This document shows, piece by piece, positions 50,437-60,112 of a DNA stretch of 64,000 bases; positions within the stretch are counted from its first letter, which is position 1; every line of letters starts with the position of its first letter. Under the pieces are notes generated by a model. That model was given only the letters and a program-made list of their open reading frames with translations. It made no database searches and was not told where the DNA came from. Position numbers and translations under genes: made by a program. Source of the stretch: Nitrospirota bacterium (GTDB lineage Bacteria; Nitrospirota; UBA9217); NCBI GenBank assembly GCA_963663225.1, contig OY760142.1, positions 1,568,001 through 1,632,000 on the forward strand, read 5' to 3'.

Positions 50437-50491
50437 TAATTATTTAACCTGCACAAGCATGGTGCCTGGAGTATAAAAAGGTAATGAACGA

Positions 50492-50800
50492 ATGAAAAAG
50501 AAGATTTCAGCTGTTCGATGGACATTGTATGTTGCGATAGGGGTTATAGCATGTCTGGGGTTGTATACACTGTACGATATGCGGCAGGCAAAGCATATGG
50601 CGGCCGCTGCATGCAGCCGCGCGGTAGCGGGACTGTCTTTAAATGATTATTTGAAAAACTTTTCCACAGGCGAATTTGCCGTAATAAGAAGTTCGGATTC
50701 CATACTGTTGGTGCCGAAGAAAGGCATGGGGCGTAATTCCTGCACGGTTACGCACGATGGACAAAAAATACTCAGTTCAAAAATAAGTTTTGCCGACTAA
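50492..50800 (+). CDS. Hypothetical membrane-anchored protein
   Basis: N-terminal TM segment, two Cys in the soluble domain; co-oriented with neighbours. Confidence 0.55.
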   Translation: MKKKISAVRWTLYVAIGVIACLGLYTLYDMRQAKHMAAAACSRAVAGLSLNDYLKNFSTGEFAVIRSSDSILLVPKKGMGRNSCTVTHDGQKILSSKISFAD

Positions 50801-50810
50801 GGAGGCAGGA

Positions 50811-51431
50811 GTGGATGTCATTCGTTTTTTTAAAAAAATTGCAGCAGGATTTTTTGCCTTTGCTGTAATGGCGGCTGTTGGTTCGGCCGCGTCGCCTGCG
50901 CAGGATGAAAACAAAAAATTTTCGGAATACACTTCACCCGGCAATTATTTTACCTGCACTATTCCTGCGGACTGGAGCGTGTACAATCCGGGTTTTGGTT
51001 TGTCAGCGGAGGAGAAAAAAGTATATGGGTTGACCCTGTTGGGCCCCCGGAACGGAAGCAAGGTCTCTCCAGAGATTTCTTTACATTATTACGCCCCGGG
51101 GAATCTTCTGCATAAGACAATGGAACGATTTATCCGGTTGCATGCCGGTCCTGTTCTGGGAGAAGCGAAGGAAGGGGCGTCTTACGGCACAGTCGGCAAG
51201 ATTACCATTGCGGACAGAGAAGCAAAGGCCTTTGAACGGAAAAACATTCAATTTATCGGCGGACGTTCTTTGAACCCGGAGAAGGTCGCCCTGCATGAAG
51301 AATATATTGTCGTTCCCGACAAAAAGAATGAAGGGTTCTATGTCGTTCGGTTTTCAGTCCCGGAGGAGCTTAAGGACAGAGACGCAGAAACATTTAAAAC
51401 CGTTGCAAAATCATTTCTGCCAAAGAAGTAA
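50811..51431 (+). CDS. Exported hypothetical protein (PsbP/DcrB-like fold possible)
   Basis: Signal peptide, FTCTIPADW, F..VAKSF end; SD AAGGAGG. Confidence 0.6.
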   Translation: MDVIRFFKKIAAGFFAFAVMAAVGSAASPAQDENKKFSEYTSPGNYFTCTIPADWSVYNPGFGLSAEEKKVYGLTLLGPRNGSKVSPEISLHYYAPGNLLHKTMERFIRLHAGPVLGEAKEGASYGTVGKITIADREAKAFERKNIQFIGGRSLNPEKVALHEEYIVVPDKKNEGFYVVRFSVPEELKDRDAETFKTVAKSFLPKK

Positions 51432-52002
51432 ACACCATGCATTATAATCAGCATCACTGGTCTATCCGGAGTTCTTCCGCCTTGTTATTCTCCCATTTAA
51501 GAAACCGACCTTTTACCATGCATCAAAAATTTCATGAACAAAACAGCCTGGACAGGACCGGGGCTTGACCGGATTTGAGCGTCGTAAGCAAGCCTTAAAA
51601 GCCGCTGTTCTAGAAGCCGATTTACCTGGAAATAGTTCTTGACGTTTCTGCCGTTGCGTTATATTCTATTGAACAGTCAATGGTTTCGCGATTGTGAACC
51701 TCGGAATATTTGAGAATACGACCGGAATTCCTCTTTTCGCCTGCAAATAAGCTGAACAATCAGACGAGTGCAGACAAAACGTTTTTTGCGGGACCCATGA
51801 ATAGGGCGGTAGTTTGGCCTGGGTTGCGGTCTTCGTACGGTCTTGAAGAAGCGTCCGATGAGACATCGGAAACAGAAAACGAATTTTTACCGGTGTGAAA
51901 ATCGTGGCTGTAAACAGCAGACCGGTCATTGCATTGATCGACAGCGTTTTTTACGGCATGAATACTACAATAATAAAATAAATACCGTGAGGAGGGATGT
52001 GC

Positions 52003-52980
52003 ATGAACAGGAATCTTCGATTGGGTGTCGTCTTGCTTGCCGTGCTGCTTCTTGTGCCGTCTTTGTCTTTCGCAGAAGACGTCGTGCGGCTGGGAAACCT
52101 GAAATTTGCGCATTATGGCGCGGTCTCGTACATGAAAGAGCACTGCGGAAAATTCGGGCTCAAGGTTGAAGAAATTATTTTCCCCAAAGGGATTGATATG
52201 TTTCCCGCCATAGTCCGCGGAGACGTCGATATCGCGGCGAGCGCGGCGGATGCCGCCATTGCCAATCGGGCGGGCAAAGGCCCGATTTATGTGGTTGCAG
52301 GATTTGCCAAAGGGGGCGCACGGCTCGTCAGCCGCGCAGATCTGAACTTAAAGAGCGTGGCCGACCTGAAAGGCAAAAAAGTCGGTGTTGCCCGGGGCGG
52401 CGCGCAGGAACTCCTTCTCGCGGCCGAACTGTCGAAGGCCGGCCTTACCTGGTCCGATAAACCGGGAAAAGACGTGCTCATCGTGTATTTGCCCTTCGGC
52501 GATCTCAACCAGGCATTGCTGCAGAAGCAGATCGACGCCATGTGCCAGTCGGAGCCGCAGTCTTCTCAGGCGATCAATAAGGGCTTCGGCGCGGAAATTC
52601 TCAAACCCTACGACACGCCCATGGGTGAGCCGGTGCGCGTCCTGGTGATGACGGAAAAGCTTTACCACGAGCGTCCTGACGTCGCCCGGCGCGTTGTGGA
52701 ATGCTTCGTGGATTCGACGCGGTACTTTATCAAGAACCCGAACGTGGCGCGGAAATATGTGGTGAACCAGATGTTTAAAGGCCAGATCACTGATGATGAT
52801 TACAATGATGCGATGAACAATGCCTCATTTACCTATGACGTGACGGCCAAACACATCCAGATAACAACCGATCTTATGGCAAAATACGGCATCGGGAAAA
52901 TGACGGTTCCTCCGAACGCTGCCGAGTGGGTAAAACTCGATCTTCTCCAAAAGGCAAAAAAGAAACTATGGGTAAAATAA
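52003..52980 (+). CDS. NitT/TauT/SsuA-family ABC substrate-binding protein
   Basis: Signal peptide, GDVDIA, DLKGKKVG, QIDA..SEP. Confidence 0.9.
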   Translation: MNRNLRLGVVLLAVLLLVPSLSFAEDVVRLGNLKFAHYGAVSYMKEHCGKFGLKVEEIIFPKGIDMFPAIVRGDVDIAASAADAAIANRAGKGPIYVVAGFAKGGARLVSRADLNLKSVADLKGKKVGVARGGAQELLLAAELSKAGLTWSDKPGKDVLIVYLPFGDLNQALLQKQIDAMCQSEPQSSQAINKGFGAEILKPYDTPMGEPVRVLVMTEKLYHERPDVARRVVECFVDSTRYFIKNPNVARKYVVNQMFKGQITDDDYNDAMNNASFTYDVTAKHIQITTDLMAKYGIGKMTVPPNAAEWVKLDLLQKAKKKLWVK

Positions 52981-53801
52981 TCTGGTCACCGGCAGTTCAG
53001 CGGCTGGTGCGTTCGCTTCTGGTTCCGGTGTTTGCGCTGATTGTATGGGAAGGGGTCGTCCGCATCGGGTGGGTGTCTCCCCTCGTGCTTCCCGCCCCAT
53101 CCGAAGTGTTTCTGCGCTGGATTAAATACGCATTGCCGGTATATCCCTATGACCCTGCCGAAGGCAGCTGGTTTGTCTGGGCGATTTCCGGAGAGCTGCC
53201 GGGCGACGCATTCTCCAGCCTGATGCGCATTGTTACGGGTTTTTGCATCGGGGCGGGACTTGCCCTGCCGATCGGACTGATGATGGGCGCCAGCCCGAAG
53301 TTTTATGAGCTGTTCAACCCGATCATACAGATAATCCGCCCGATTCCTCCCATTGCCTTTATTCCGCTTGCCATTCTCTGGTTCGGATTGGGCAACCCGC
53401 CGGCGTTTTTTCTTATTTCACTCGGCGCTTTCTTCCCGGTTCTGATGAATACCATTGCCGGGGTGAAGCACGTGGACAGCATTTATCTTCGTGCGGCCCA
53501 GAACCTGGGGGCGTCCCGGTGGGTGATCTTTCGCCGGATCATGATACCGGCGTCCATGCCGTATATCCTTACCGGCATACGGGTCGGAATCGGCATTGCC
53601 TTCATCGTGGTGATTGTTGCGGAAATGATCGCGGTAAACAGCGGGCTTGGCTACCGCATCCTTGAAGCGCGAGAATACTTCTGGTCGGACAAGGTCATTG
53701 CTGGCATGATCACGATCGGTTTTGTCGGCCTCGGGATCGATCTGCTCATGCATCGGATAAACGCCCGGCTGCTGCGCTGGCATCGGGGGTTGGAAGAATG
53801 A
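52968..53801 (+). CDS. NitT/TauT-family ABC permease
   Basis: LPAPSEV, RPIPPIA, AAQNLGA (EAA loop), AEMIA..SGLGY. Confidence 0.92.
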   Translation: MGKIIWSPAVQRLVRSLLVPVFALIVWEGVVRIGWVSPLVLPAPSEVFLRWIKYALPVYPYDPAEGSWFVWAISGELPGDAFSSLMRIVTGFCIGAGLALPIGLMMGASPKFYELFNPIIQIIRPIPPIAFIPLAILWFGLGNPPAFFLISLGAFFPVLMNTIAGVKHVDSIYLRAAQNLGASRWVIFRRIMIPASMPYILTGIRVGIGIAFIVVIVAEMIAVNSGLGYRILEAREYFWSDKVIAGMITIGFVGLGIDLLMHRINARLLRWHRGLEE

Positions 53802-54622
53802 AAAGCAAGAACATGCCGGATATGGCTGTGCAGGTCCGCGACCTTCGCAAGGTATTTTCCGGCAAAGACCGGGAAGTCGTCGCACTCGACGGCATTACGC
53901 TCGATGTGGAGCCGGGGGAATTCGTGTGCCTTCTCGGCCCCTCCGGCTGCGGAAAATCAACGCTCTTGAATGCAATCGCCGGATTTTCACCGCCCACAGG
54001 GGGGGAAGTGATTGCCAATGGGCGGCACGTAACAGGGCCGGGTCCGGACCGCGCGATGGTTTTTCAGGAATACGCGCTGTTTCCCTGGATGACGGTGGAG
54101 GAAAATGTTGCATTCGGCCTCGATATCATGGGCAAATCCTCGCCCGAGATCAAGGCCATCGTGGAAGCGCTTCTTCGCAAGCTCCGCTTGTTTGAATTTC
54201 GCGACCGTTTTCCAAAAGACCTGTCGGGCGGAATGCGCCAGCGTGTTGCGATTGCGCGCACGCTTGCGATCGATTCTCCCACCCTTCTCATGGATGAGCC
54301 GTTCGGCGCGCTGGATGCGCTTACCCGCCGCAATCTCCAGGACGAGCTGCTCAGAATCTGGTCCGAATTGCGGCGTACTATCATTTTTGTGACCCACGGG
54401 ATCGAGGAATCGATTTATCTCGCGGACCGGGTCGTGGTGATGACCTATCGGCCCGGCAAAATCAAGGAGATTATTCCCATACGGATGCCCCGTCCCCGGG
54501 ACCCTTCTTCAGCAAAATTTAACCAGCTGGAACGGACGATATCAAAACTTGTCATGGAAGAACAGGCGCTGTTCAAGGCAGATGAGGAGCATGAAAAGCC
54601 TGTTGCCCGGCAGCCTGCCTGA
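53798..54622 (+). CDS. NitT/TauT-family ABC ATP-binding protein
   Basis: GPSGCGKST, LSGGMRQR, LMDEPFGALD. Confidence 0.94.
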   Translation: MKSKNMPDMAVQVRDLRKVFSGKDREVVALDGITLDVEPGEFVCLLGPSGCGKSTLLNAIAGFSPPTGGEVIANGRHVTGPGPDRAMVFQEYALFPWMTVEENVAFGLDIMGKSSPEIKAIVEALLRKLRLFEFRDRFPKDLSGGMRQRVAIARTLAIDSPTLLMDEPFGALDALTRRNLQDELLRIWSELRRTIIFVTHGIEESIYLADRVVVMTYRPGKIKEIIPIRMPRPRDPSSAKFNQLERTISKLVMEEQALFKADEEHEKPVARQPA

Positions 54623-54808
54623 CGGCCGTATTCCAATTTAATGGGCAATTGAAGCAATGCTATCAACTGCCTTCAAAAGAACAGCATCTCATACCCAAAC
54701 GCTCAACCTGGTGTTGTTTCAGGTCATGAGCGTTTATTTTTTTAAGCCGCCGTGCAAGAAAAGACGGGCGGACGATACTTAATTCAGTATTTTGTAAAAA
54801 AGACGTTT

Positions 54809-55210
54809 ATGGACAAGAAACCAAATATACAAACGGTTTTATATCTGGCCGGCGTAGTAATTCTACTGGCCGGCCTCGGCGCTGCCATCTGGATTTACCT
54901 GACTGCGGAAAAAAGCATCGGGGATCCGGATTACGAAATAGCGGGCGGGTACGTTTATTCCTCAACGCCGGGCAACACCAAGAAATATACCCACGATCTG
55001 GAGCTGTACGGCGGCAAGGCGGCAGTGCTTGCTGAACAGTTCAGCCGCTGGTTCCGGGGGCTGTGGCTTGGTCAAACGCTTGCCTTTACCGTATTTTGCA
55101 TCTCACTGCTGCTGTCTTGCGGGGTTTTCCTTGCTGCCAGAAACGCGTCCCGCCCTCCATCTGATGCAGGTAATACAAACAATAGTGATAAAACCGATAA
55201 ACAGGGATGA
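54809..55210 (+). CDS. Hypothetical two-TM membrane protein
   Basis: Two hydrophobic helices flanking KKYTHDLELYGGKA. Confidence 0.6.
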   Translation: MDKKPNIQTVLYLAGVVILLAGLGAAIWIYLTAEKSIGDPDYEIAGGYVYSSTPGNTKKYTHDLELYGGKAAVLAEQFSRWFRGLWLGQTLAFTVFCISLLLSCGVFLAARNASRPPSDAGNTNNSDKTDKQG

Positions 55211-55294
55211 TTTTCCGAAGCGCTGTCGAAATGTTGTCAGGCATGCTAGAATATAGGTATATTTTTTTGCATAGAATTTAACGAGGAATAGAGA

Positions 55295-56056
55295 ATGTTG
55301 ATTTTTGCTGCAATGTTTACGCTTGGTCTGCTGCTCGGCTTTATCGGCGTCGGAGGAGCAGGGATCGTCATTGCGATTTTGAGCGTAGGGTTCAATGTTC
55401 CCATCCATACGGCGCTCGGGACCTCGCTTGGAGCGATGGGATTTACCACCGTGGCAGGCGTGTACAGCCATTTTCGGGAAAACAATGTTGCGGTGAAATG
55501 CGGTCTGGCGGTAGGATTGTTCGGAGCCGCCGGCGCGTATCTGGGAGTCAAGATAGCGACGCTGCTGCCGGAATACGCTCTCACCAAACTGACTGCAGGC
55601 ATGCTGCTTTTTTCCGCCGGATTGCTCTGTTTTCGGATGTCGTTCTACCCAAACGGCGTTTTCAAACGCATGGATGATAGAATCGATTCAAGAGGGCCAA
55701 GATTCTGGGTTGCAGCCGCTGGAGTAGGATTTACCGCGGGGGTCCTGTCGGGCGCTTTCGGGATCGGCGCTGCGCCGTTTATTCAGCTCGGGCTGCTTGT
55801 TTTTTTCAGCCTATCGCTGCCGGAAGTTGCCGGCACAACGATGCTGGTGACGCTACCCATCGCGCTGCTGGGCGGATTGGGGTATTTGACAGCCGGATAT
55901 CTTGATATGCATCTGTTTTTCACGGTCATCGCGGGATTAATGAGCGGAACATTCATCGGCGCCAAATTTACCAGACGTTTTCCGCCCGCTGTTCTGAAAG
56001 CCGCCATGATTTCCACGCCTATTATCGCCGCGCTCCTGCTGCTGTTCGGCACGTAA
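55295..56056 (+). CDS. Sulfite exporter TauE/SafE family
   Basis: GFIGVGGAG, ALGTSL, GAFGIGAAP, AGT repeats; about 8 TM segments. Confidence 0.88.
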   Translation: MLIFAAMFTLGLLLGFIGVGGAGIVIAILSVGFNVPIHTALGTSLGAMGFTTVAGVYSHFRENNVAVKCGLAVGLFGAAGAYLGVKIATLLPEYALTKLTAGMLLFSAGLLCFRMSFYPNGVFKRMDDRIDSRGPRFWVAAAGVGFTAGVLSGAFGIGAAPFIQLGLLVFFSLSLPEVAGTTMLVTLPIALLGGLGYLTAGYLDMHLFFTVIAGLMSGTFIGAKFTRRFPPAVLKAAMISTPIIAALLLLFGT

Positions 56057-56085
56057 TGATGCGTGAGATATGCTGAATGAATTGG

Positions 56086-56115
56086 AAAGTCCCGAAGCGA
56101 TTCGGGACTTTTTTT
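56086..56115 (+). terminator. Intrinsic terminator after tauE
   Basis: AAAGTCCCGAA-GCGA-TTCGGGACTTT followed by a T tract. Confidence 0.85.
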
Positions 56116-56770
56116 ATTTGATGATTCATGAGTAGCAACAAGCGAGGTGCCGGTCTTGACTGCCAGGTTCTCTGTTTGAGCGATGTTAGGAGAGGAACAC
56201 ACTGGTGAGACGAGTGTTTTGTGCGCGTCGGTCTCGACCGACAAGGATGAATAATGAATGTCAGTGATCGATCATCCAATTGAAAGTCATATTTAAAGAT
56301 AGAGAGCGGGGAATCAAATAGTTATGATGTGTGGCTTCACCATGCCGCAGAGAAAAGGATGATCTAGATTTCTGTTTTGAGAGCCTGGATCAGCGGGAGC
56401 ATTATGTTCTTAAAACCGAGATAAAATCTTGCTCTCTTTTTACAGAAAAGATATTAATGCTTTTAAATACGGTAGCACAGATTAATTGGGTGGTCAATGA
56501 ATTTAAGAAATAATTCGCGGCATCTGCTTGAATTTGTGAGAATATGAGCAAAAGACTAATACGCAAAAAAGAAACAGCCATTAAGTAAAAATTAATTTAC
56601 AGCCAAGTGATTGCTTTCTGAGTGAAAGGCAGTTGGGCCGTCTGCGGGATGACATTTTTCACTGTCAAGTCAACCACGAACGTTTTTATCTAAAATAGCT
56701 AATAATTTGGATGTTTTTAAGTCATTACACTTGCATATCTAACGAACTGTGGTAAAATGACATCTCAAAC

Positions 56771-57481
56771 ATGGGACGTTTTCTAAAAGGCCTCGGGATA
56801 TTCATCGCCCTGGTGGGTGTCGGTGTCATAAGCGCGTTTGCGGTCGTTGCACTGCTTCTTCGCCAGGAGGAAGTGCGGGTGCCGGATTTAACCGGCCAGG
56901 ACCTTGTGACCGCTGTGGAGAAACTCACCCAGCAGGGGTTGCAGCCCAAGATCGACCGGCGGGAACCGCATCCGTCAATACCGCGGGACTCGGTTGTTTC
57001 GCAGACACCCCCGCCGGGAAGCGGAATCAAAAAAGGCCGGCAGGTGCGCGTGGTGGTGAGCCAGGGCCCGACCGACATGCAGACGCCGAAGCTTAACGGC
57101 GAACATTTCCGCAAGGCGGACATGATGATCCGCCAGGCCGGATTCACTCCCGGCATGGTGTCCCGGGTATCTTCTGAAAAAGTTGACCGTGACATGGTGA
57201 TTGCCCAGGCCCCGGAGGCCGGAAGCCTGCTGGAACGGGGCGGAAAGATAAATCTGCTTGTCAGTTCCGGCAGAAAGATCCAGCCCTTTGTCATGCCGAA
57301 GCTGATGGGGAAAAGGGCGGAAGAAGCGGTCAGAATCACCGACCGCATGGGACTGCAGCATCGATTGACCATGAAAACCGCGGGCAGCAAAATCCCGTCA
57401 CGCGTGGTTATTCAGCAAAAACCGACTGCAGGCTCCCCCGTGGCATCGGACACCACCGTGGACATTATCGTCAGCAAGTAG
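56771..57481 (+). CDS. PASTA-domain protein (3 repeats, TM anchor, no kinase domain)
   Basis: VPDLTG, VVSQTP, VIAQAP, MPKLMG, VIQQKP. Confidence 0.9.
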   Translation: MGRFLKGLGIFIALVGVGVISAFAVVALLLRQEEVRVPDLTGQDLVTAVEKLTQQGLQPKIDRREPHPSIPRDSVVSQTPPPGSGIKKGRQVRVVVSQGPTDMQTPKLNGEHFRKADMMIRQAGFTPGMVSRVSSEKVDRDMVIAQAPEAGSLLERGGKINLLVSSGRKIQPFVMPKLMGKRAEEAVRITDRMGLQHRLTMKTAGSKIPSRVVIQQKPTAGSPVASDTTVDIIVSK

Positions 57482-57522
57482 CAACAAATGCCAGCGACCA
57501 CCGGTCGCTTTTCGAGGTAGTG

Positions 57523-58179
57523 ATGACAAAAAAAATCAAAATTGCCCCTTCAATCCTTTCGGCTGACTTCACCCGGCTTGGCGAGGAAATACGTGCTGTT
57601 GAAGCGGCCGGCGCCGACATGATCCATGTTGACGTCATGGACGGCCACTTTGTGCCGAACATCACCATCGGACCGATGATCGTTCAGGCGGCGCGCAAGT
57701 CAACAACGCTTCCGCTGGATGTTCATCTTATGATAACCAATCCGGAGCTGTACATTGCGGATTTCGCGCGGGCCGGCGCAGATTCCATAACGGTGCACGT
57801 GGAGGCCACCGCGCATCTGAACAGGCTTGTGCAGACGATGAAGGAGCAGAAGGTCAAGGCCGGGGTGTCGCTCAATCCGGCGACTCCGCTTGCGACTCTT
57901 GACTATGTCCTTGCGGATGTGGACCTGGTCCTTGTCATGTCCGTGAACCCGGGGTTCGGCGGACAGGAATTTATCCCGTCGGCGATCGACAAAATCAGCG
58001 CTCTCCGGAAGATGATCAATGACCGGCGGCTTGCTGCCGCAATTGAAGTTGATGGCGGAGTGAAGCCCGGGAACGCCGCGGAGATCATCCGGGCGGGCGC
58101 CGATATTCTTGTTGCAGGCTCCGCCGTTTTCGGCGCAAAGGACTACGCGTCCGCTGTTCGCGCCATCCGGGGTGTATAA
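57523..58179 (+). CDS. rpe: Ribulose-phosphate 3-epimerase
   Basis: [37 protein letters not shown]. Confidence 0.98.
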   Translation: MTKKIKIAPSILSADFTRLGEEIRAVEAAGADMIHVDVMDGHFVPNITIGPMIVQAARKSTTLPLDVHLMITNPELYIADFARAGADSITVHVEATAHLNRLVQTMKEQKVKAGVSLNPATPLATLDYVLADVDLVLVMSVNPGFGGQEFIPSAIDKISALRKMINDRRLAAAIEVDGGVKPGNAAEIIRAGADILVAGSAVFGAKDYASAVRAIRGV

Positions 58180-58266
58180 TAATCAGGGATCCGGCGCGGC
58201 GCACACTACGCTGGCCGGAGGCTGTTTAACAAATTCAGCATTTTCTTGTTTTATGTGGAGGATTTC

Positions 58267-60054
58267 ATGGCCGTCAAACAACGAGCAGAAAAGAGACGGA
58301 TTGAGCTCAAGGATGTCAAGGAACCCGTCTTGTTCAGGGATATTTTCCCGTACACCAGCATCCCCCGCGTGGTGCTTGAAGACCGGCTCATCCAGACCAA
58401 GATTCCGAAGGACATCTGGATAACGGATACGACTTTCCGCGACGGACAGCAGTCGAGGCCGCCGTATAAACCGCAGCAGATCGCCGATATTTTTGATTTT
58501 CTACACCGCATGAGCGGACCGAAAGGCGTGATTCGCCAGTCCGAGTTTTTTCTCTATTCCGAGAAGGACCGCGAAGCGGTGCGCCTCTGCATGGAGAAAG
58601 GCTACCGCTTTCCTGAAATAACCGGCTGGATACGGGCGAACAAGAATGATTTTAAGCTGTTGAAGGATGTTGGAATTACCGAAACCGGGATTCTGACTTC
58701 CTGTTCGGACTACCATATTTTTCTGAAGCTTAACCTTTCGCGAAAAGAGGCGCTCAAATCATATCTCGATATCGTAAAAACCGCGATTGAGCACGGCATC
58801 AAGCCGCGGTGCCATTTCGAGGACATCACGCGCGCGGACTTTTACGGGTTCGTCATCCCTTTTGCGCAGGAGTTGATGAAGATATCCGAGGACGCAAAGG
58901 TGCCGGTCAAGATCAGGGCCTGCGACACCATGGGCTACGGCATCCCCTTTCCCGGAACAGCGCTTCCGCGCAGCGTGCCGGAAATTTTTTACGCGCTCAA
59001 TCGCGAAGCAGGAGTTCCTTCGGAGCAGCTTGAATGGCATGGGCACAATGATTTTCACAAGGGACTGATCAACGGCGTTGCCGCCTGGATGTATGGGTGC
59101 TCCTCCGTGAACGGCGCGCTGCTCGGATTCGGAGAACGCACCGGCAACACCCCGGTCGAGGCGCTGCTGATCGAATACATCAGCCTGACCGGAGAGTCGA
59201 CGGGGATTGACACGGCGGCTATCACCGAGATGTCTGCGTATTTCCGGCAGGAGATGGACTTCCCGATTCCGGCAAACTATCCGTTCGTAGGCGCTGAATT
59301 CAACTCAACGAGCGCCGGCATCCACGCGGACGGCATGATGAAAAACGAGGAAATCTACAATATCTTCGACACGTCAAAAATTCTGAACCGCCCCATGGGC
59401 GTTATTGTCACCGACAAGACGGGGATTGCCGGCATCGCGCACTGGGTGAACAACCACCTGAATCAGAAGGCAGACATGAAGATCGACAAGCGCCATCCAG
59501 GACTTGCCAAAATATATAAATGGGTCATGGACCAGTACAACCAGGGCAGGACAACGAGCATTTCGCACAACGAACTTATTGAACACGCGAAAAAATATCT
59601 GCCAGAATACTTTGTGTCCGATCTCGACAAGCTGAAGATCAAGGCGCGCGAGATCGCGCTGCACCTTGTCGAAGGCACCGTTCAGCGTCCGGACTTCCGG
59701 ACCATGAATCACGCAAAGCAGGAAACAATCATGCAGAAGCTGCTTGACGAGCACCCGTTCATCCAGTTTGCGTATGTGGTGAACCCGGAGGGGAAGAAGA
59801 CCACCAGAAACATCACCCAGATACAGTTCAAGGCGCAGCTTGAGCACGCGGACCTGGGCGACAACTTTTCCGACCGGTCATGGTTCATCCGGCCCATGTC
59901 CGATGGAAAGAGCTTTGTTTCTGATTTCTACACATCCAAGATCACCGGCGCGCTTTGCATTACCGTGTCCGCGCCGATCAGTTCCGAGCAAGGCGGAATC
60001 GAAGGAGTGTTCGGGGTGGATATCCGCTTTGAAGACCTTGTAAAGTCAGAATAG
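58267..60054 (+). CDS. Re-citrate synthase-like DRE-TIM enzyme with C-terminal Cache/PDC-like domain
   Basis: DTTFRDGQQS, HFEDITRAD, EWHGHNDF, GERTGN, AGIHADG; C-terminal FSDRSWF..SDFYTSKITGALCITVS..GVFGVDI. Confidence 0.8.
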   Translation: MAVKQRAEKRRIELKDVKEPVLFRDIFPYTSIPRVVLEDRLIQTKIPKDIWITDTTFRDGQQSRPPYKPQQIADIFDFLHRMSGPKGVIRQSEFFLYSEKDREAVRLCMEKGYRFPEITGWIRANKNDFKLLKDVGITETGILTSCSDYHIFLKLNLSRKEALKSYLDIVKTAIEHGIKPRCHFEDITRADFYGFVIPFAQELMKISEDAKVPVKIRACDTMGYGIPFPGTALPRSVPEIFYALNREAGVPSEQLEWHGHNDFHKGLINGVAAWMYGCSSVNGALLGFGERTGNTPVEALLIEYISLTGESTGIDTAAITEMSAYFRQEMDFPIPANYPFVGAEFNSTSAGIHADGMMKNEEIYNIFDTSKILNRPMGVIVTDKTGIAGIAHWVNNHLNQKADMKIDKRHPGLAKIYKWVMDQYNQGRTTSISHNELIEHAKKYLPEYFVSDLDKLKIKAREIALHLVEGTVQRPDFRTMNHAKQETIMQKLLDEHPFIQFAYVVNPEGKKTTRNITQIQFKAQLEHADLGDNFSDRSWFIRPMSDGKSFVSDFYTSKITGALCITVSAPISSEQGGIEGVFGVDIRFEDLVKSE

Positions 60055-60079
60055 AAGGACAGGGCTCCAGCAAGTTGAC

Positions 60080-60112
60080 AAGCCGTACACCGGTTCGGTG
60101 TGCGGCTTTTTT
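60080..60112 (+). terminator. Terminator between the convergent citrate synthase and ada-like genes
   Basis: AAGCCGTACACCG-GTT-CGGTGTGCGGCTT followed by a T tract. Confidence 0.8.

Noticed and set aside
56227-56244. GACCGACAA shared with the two hairpins in the sigma54 region as a dispersed repeat
   Set aside because: A 9-mer is expected by chance in 64 kb over two strands, and the flanks show no further similarity.
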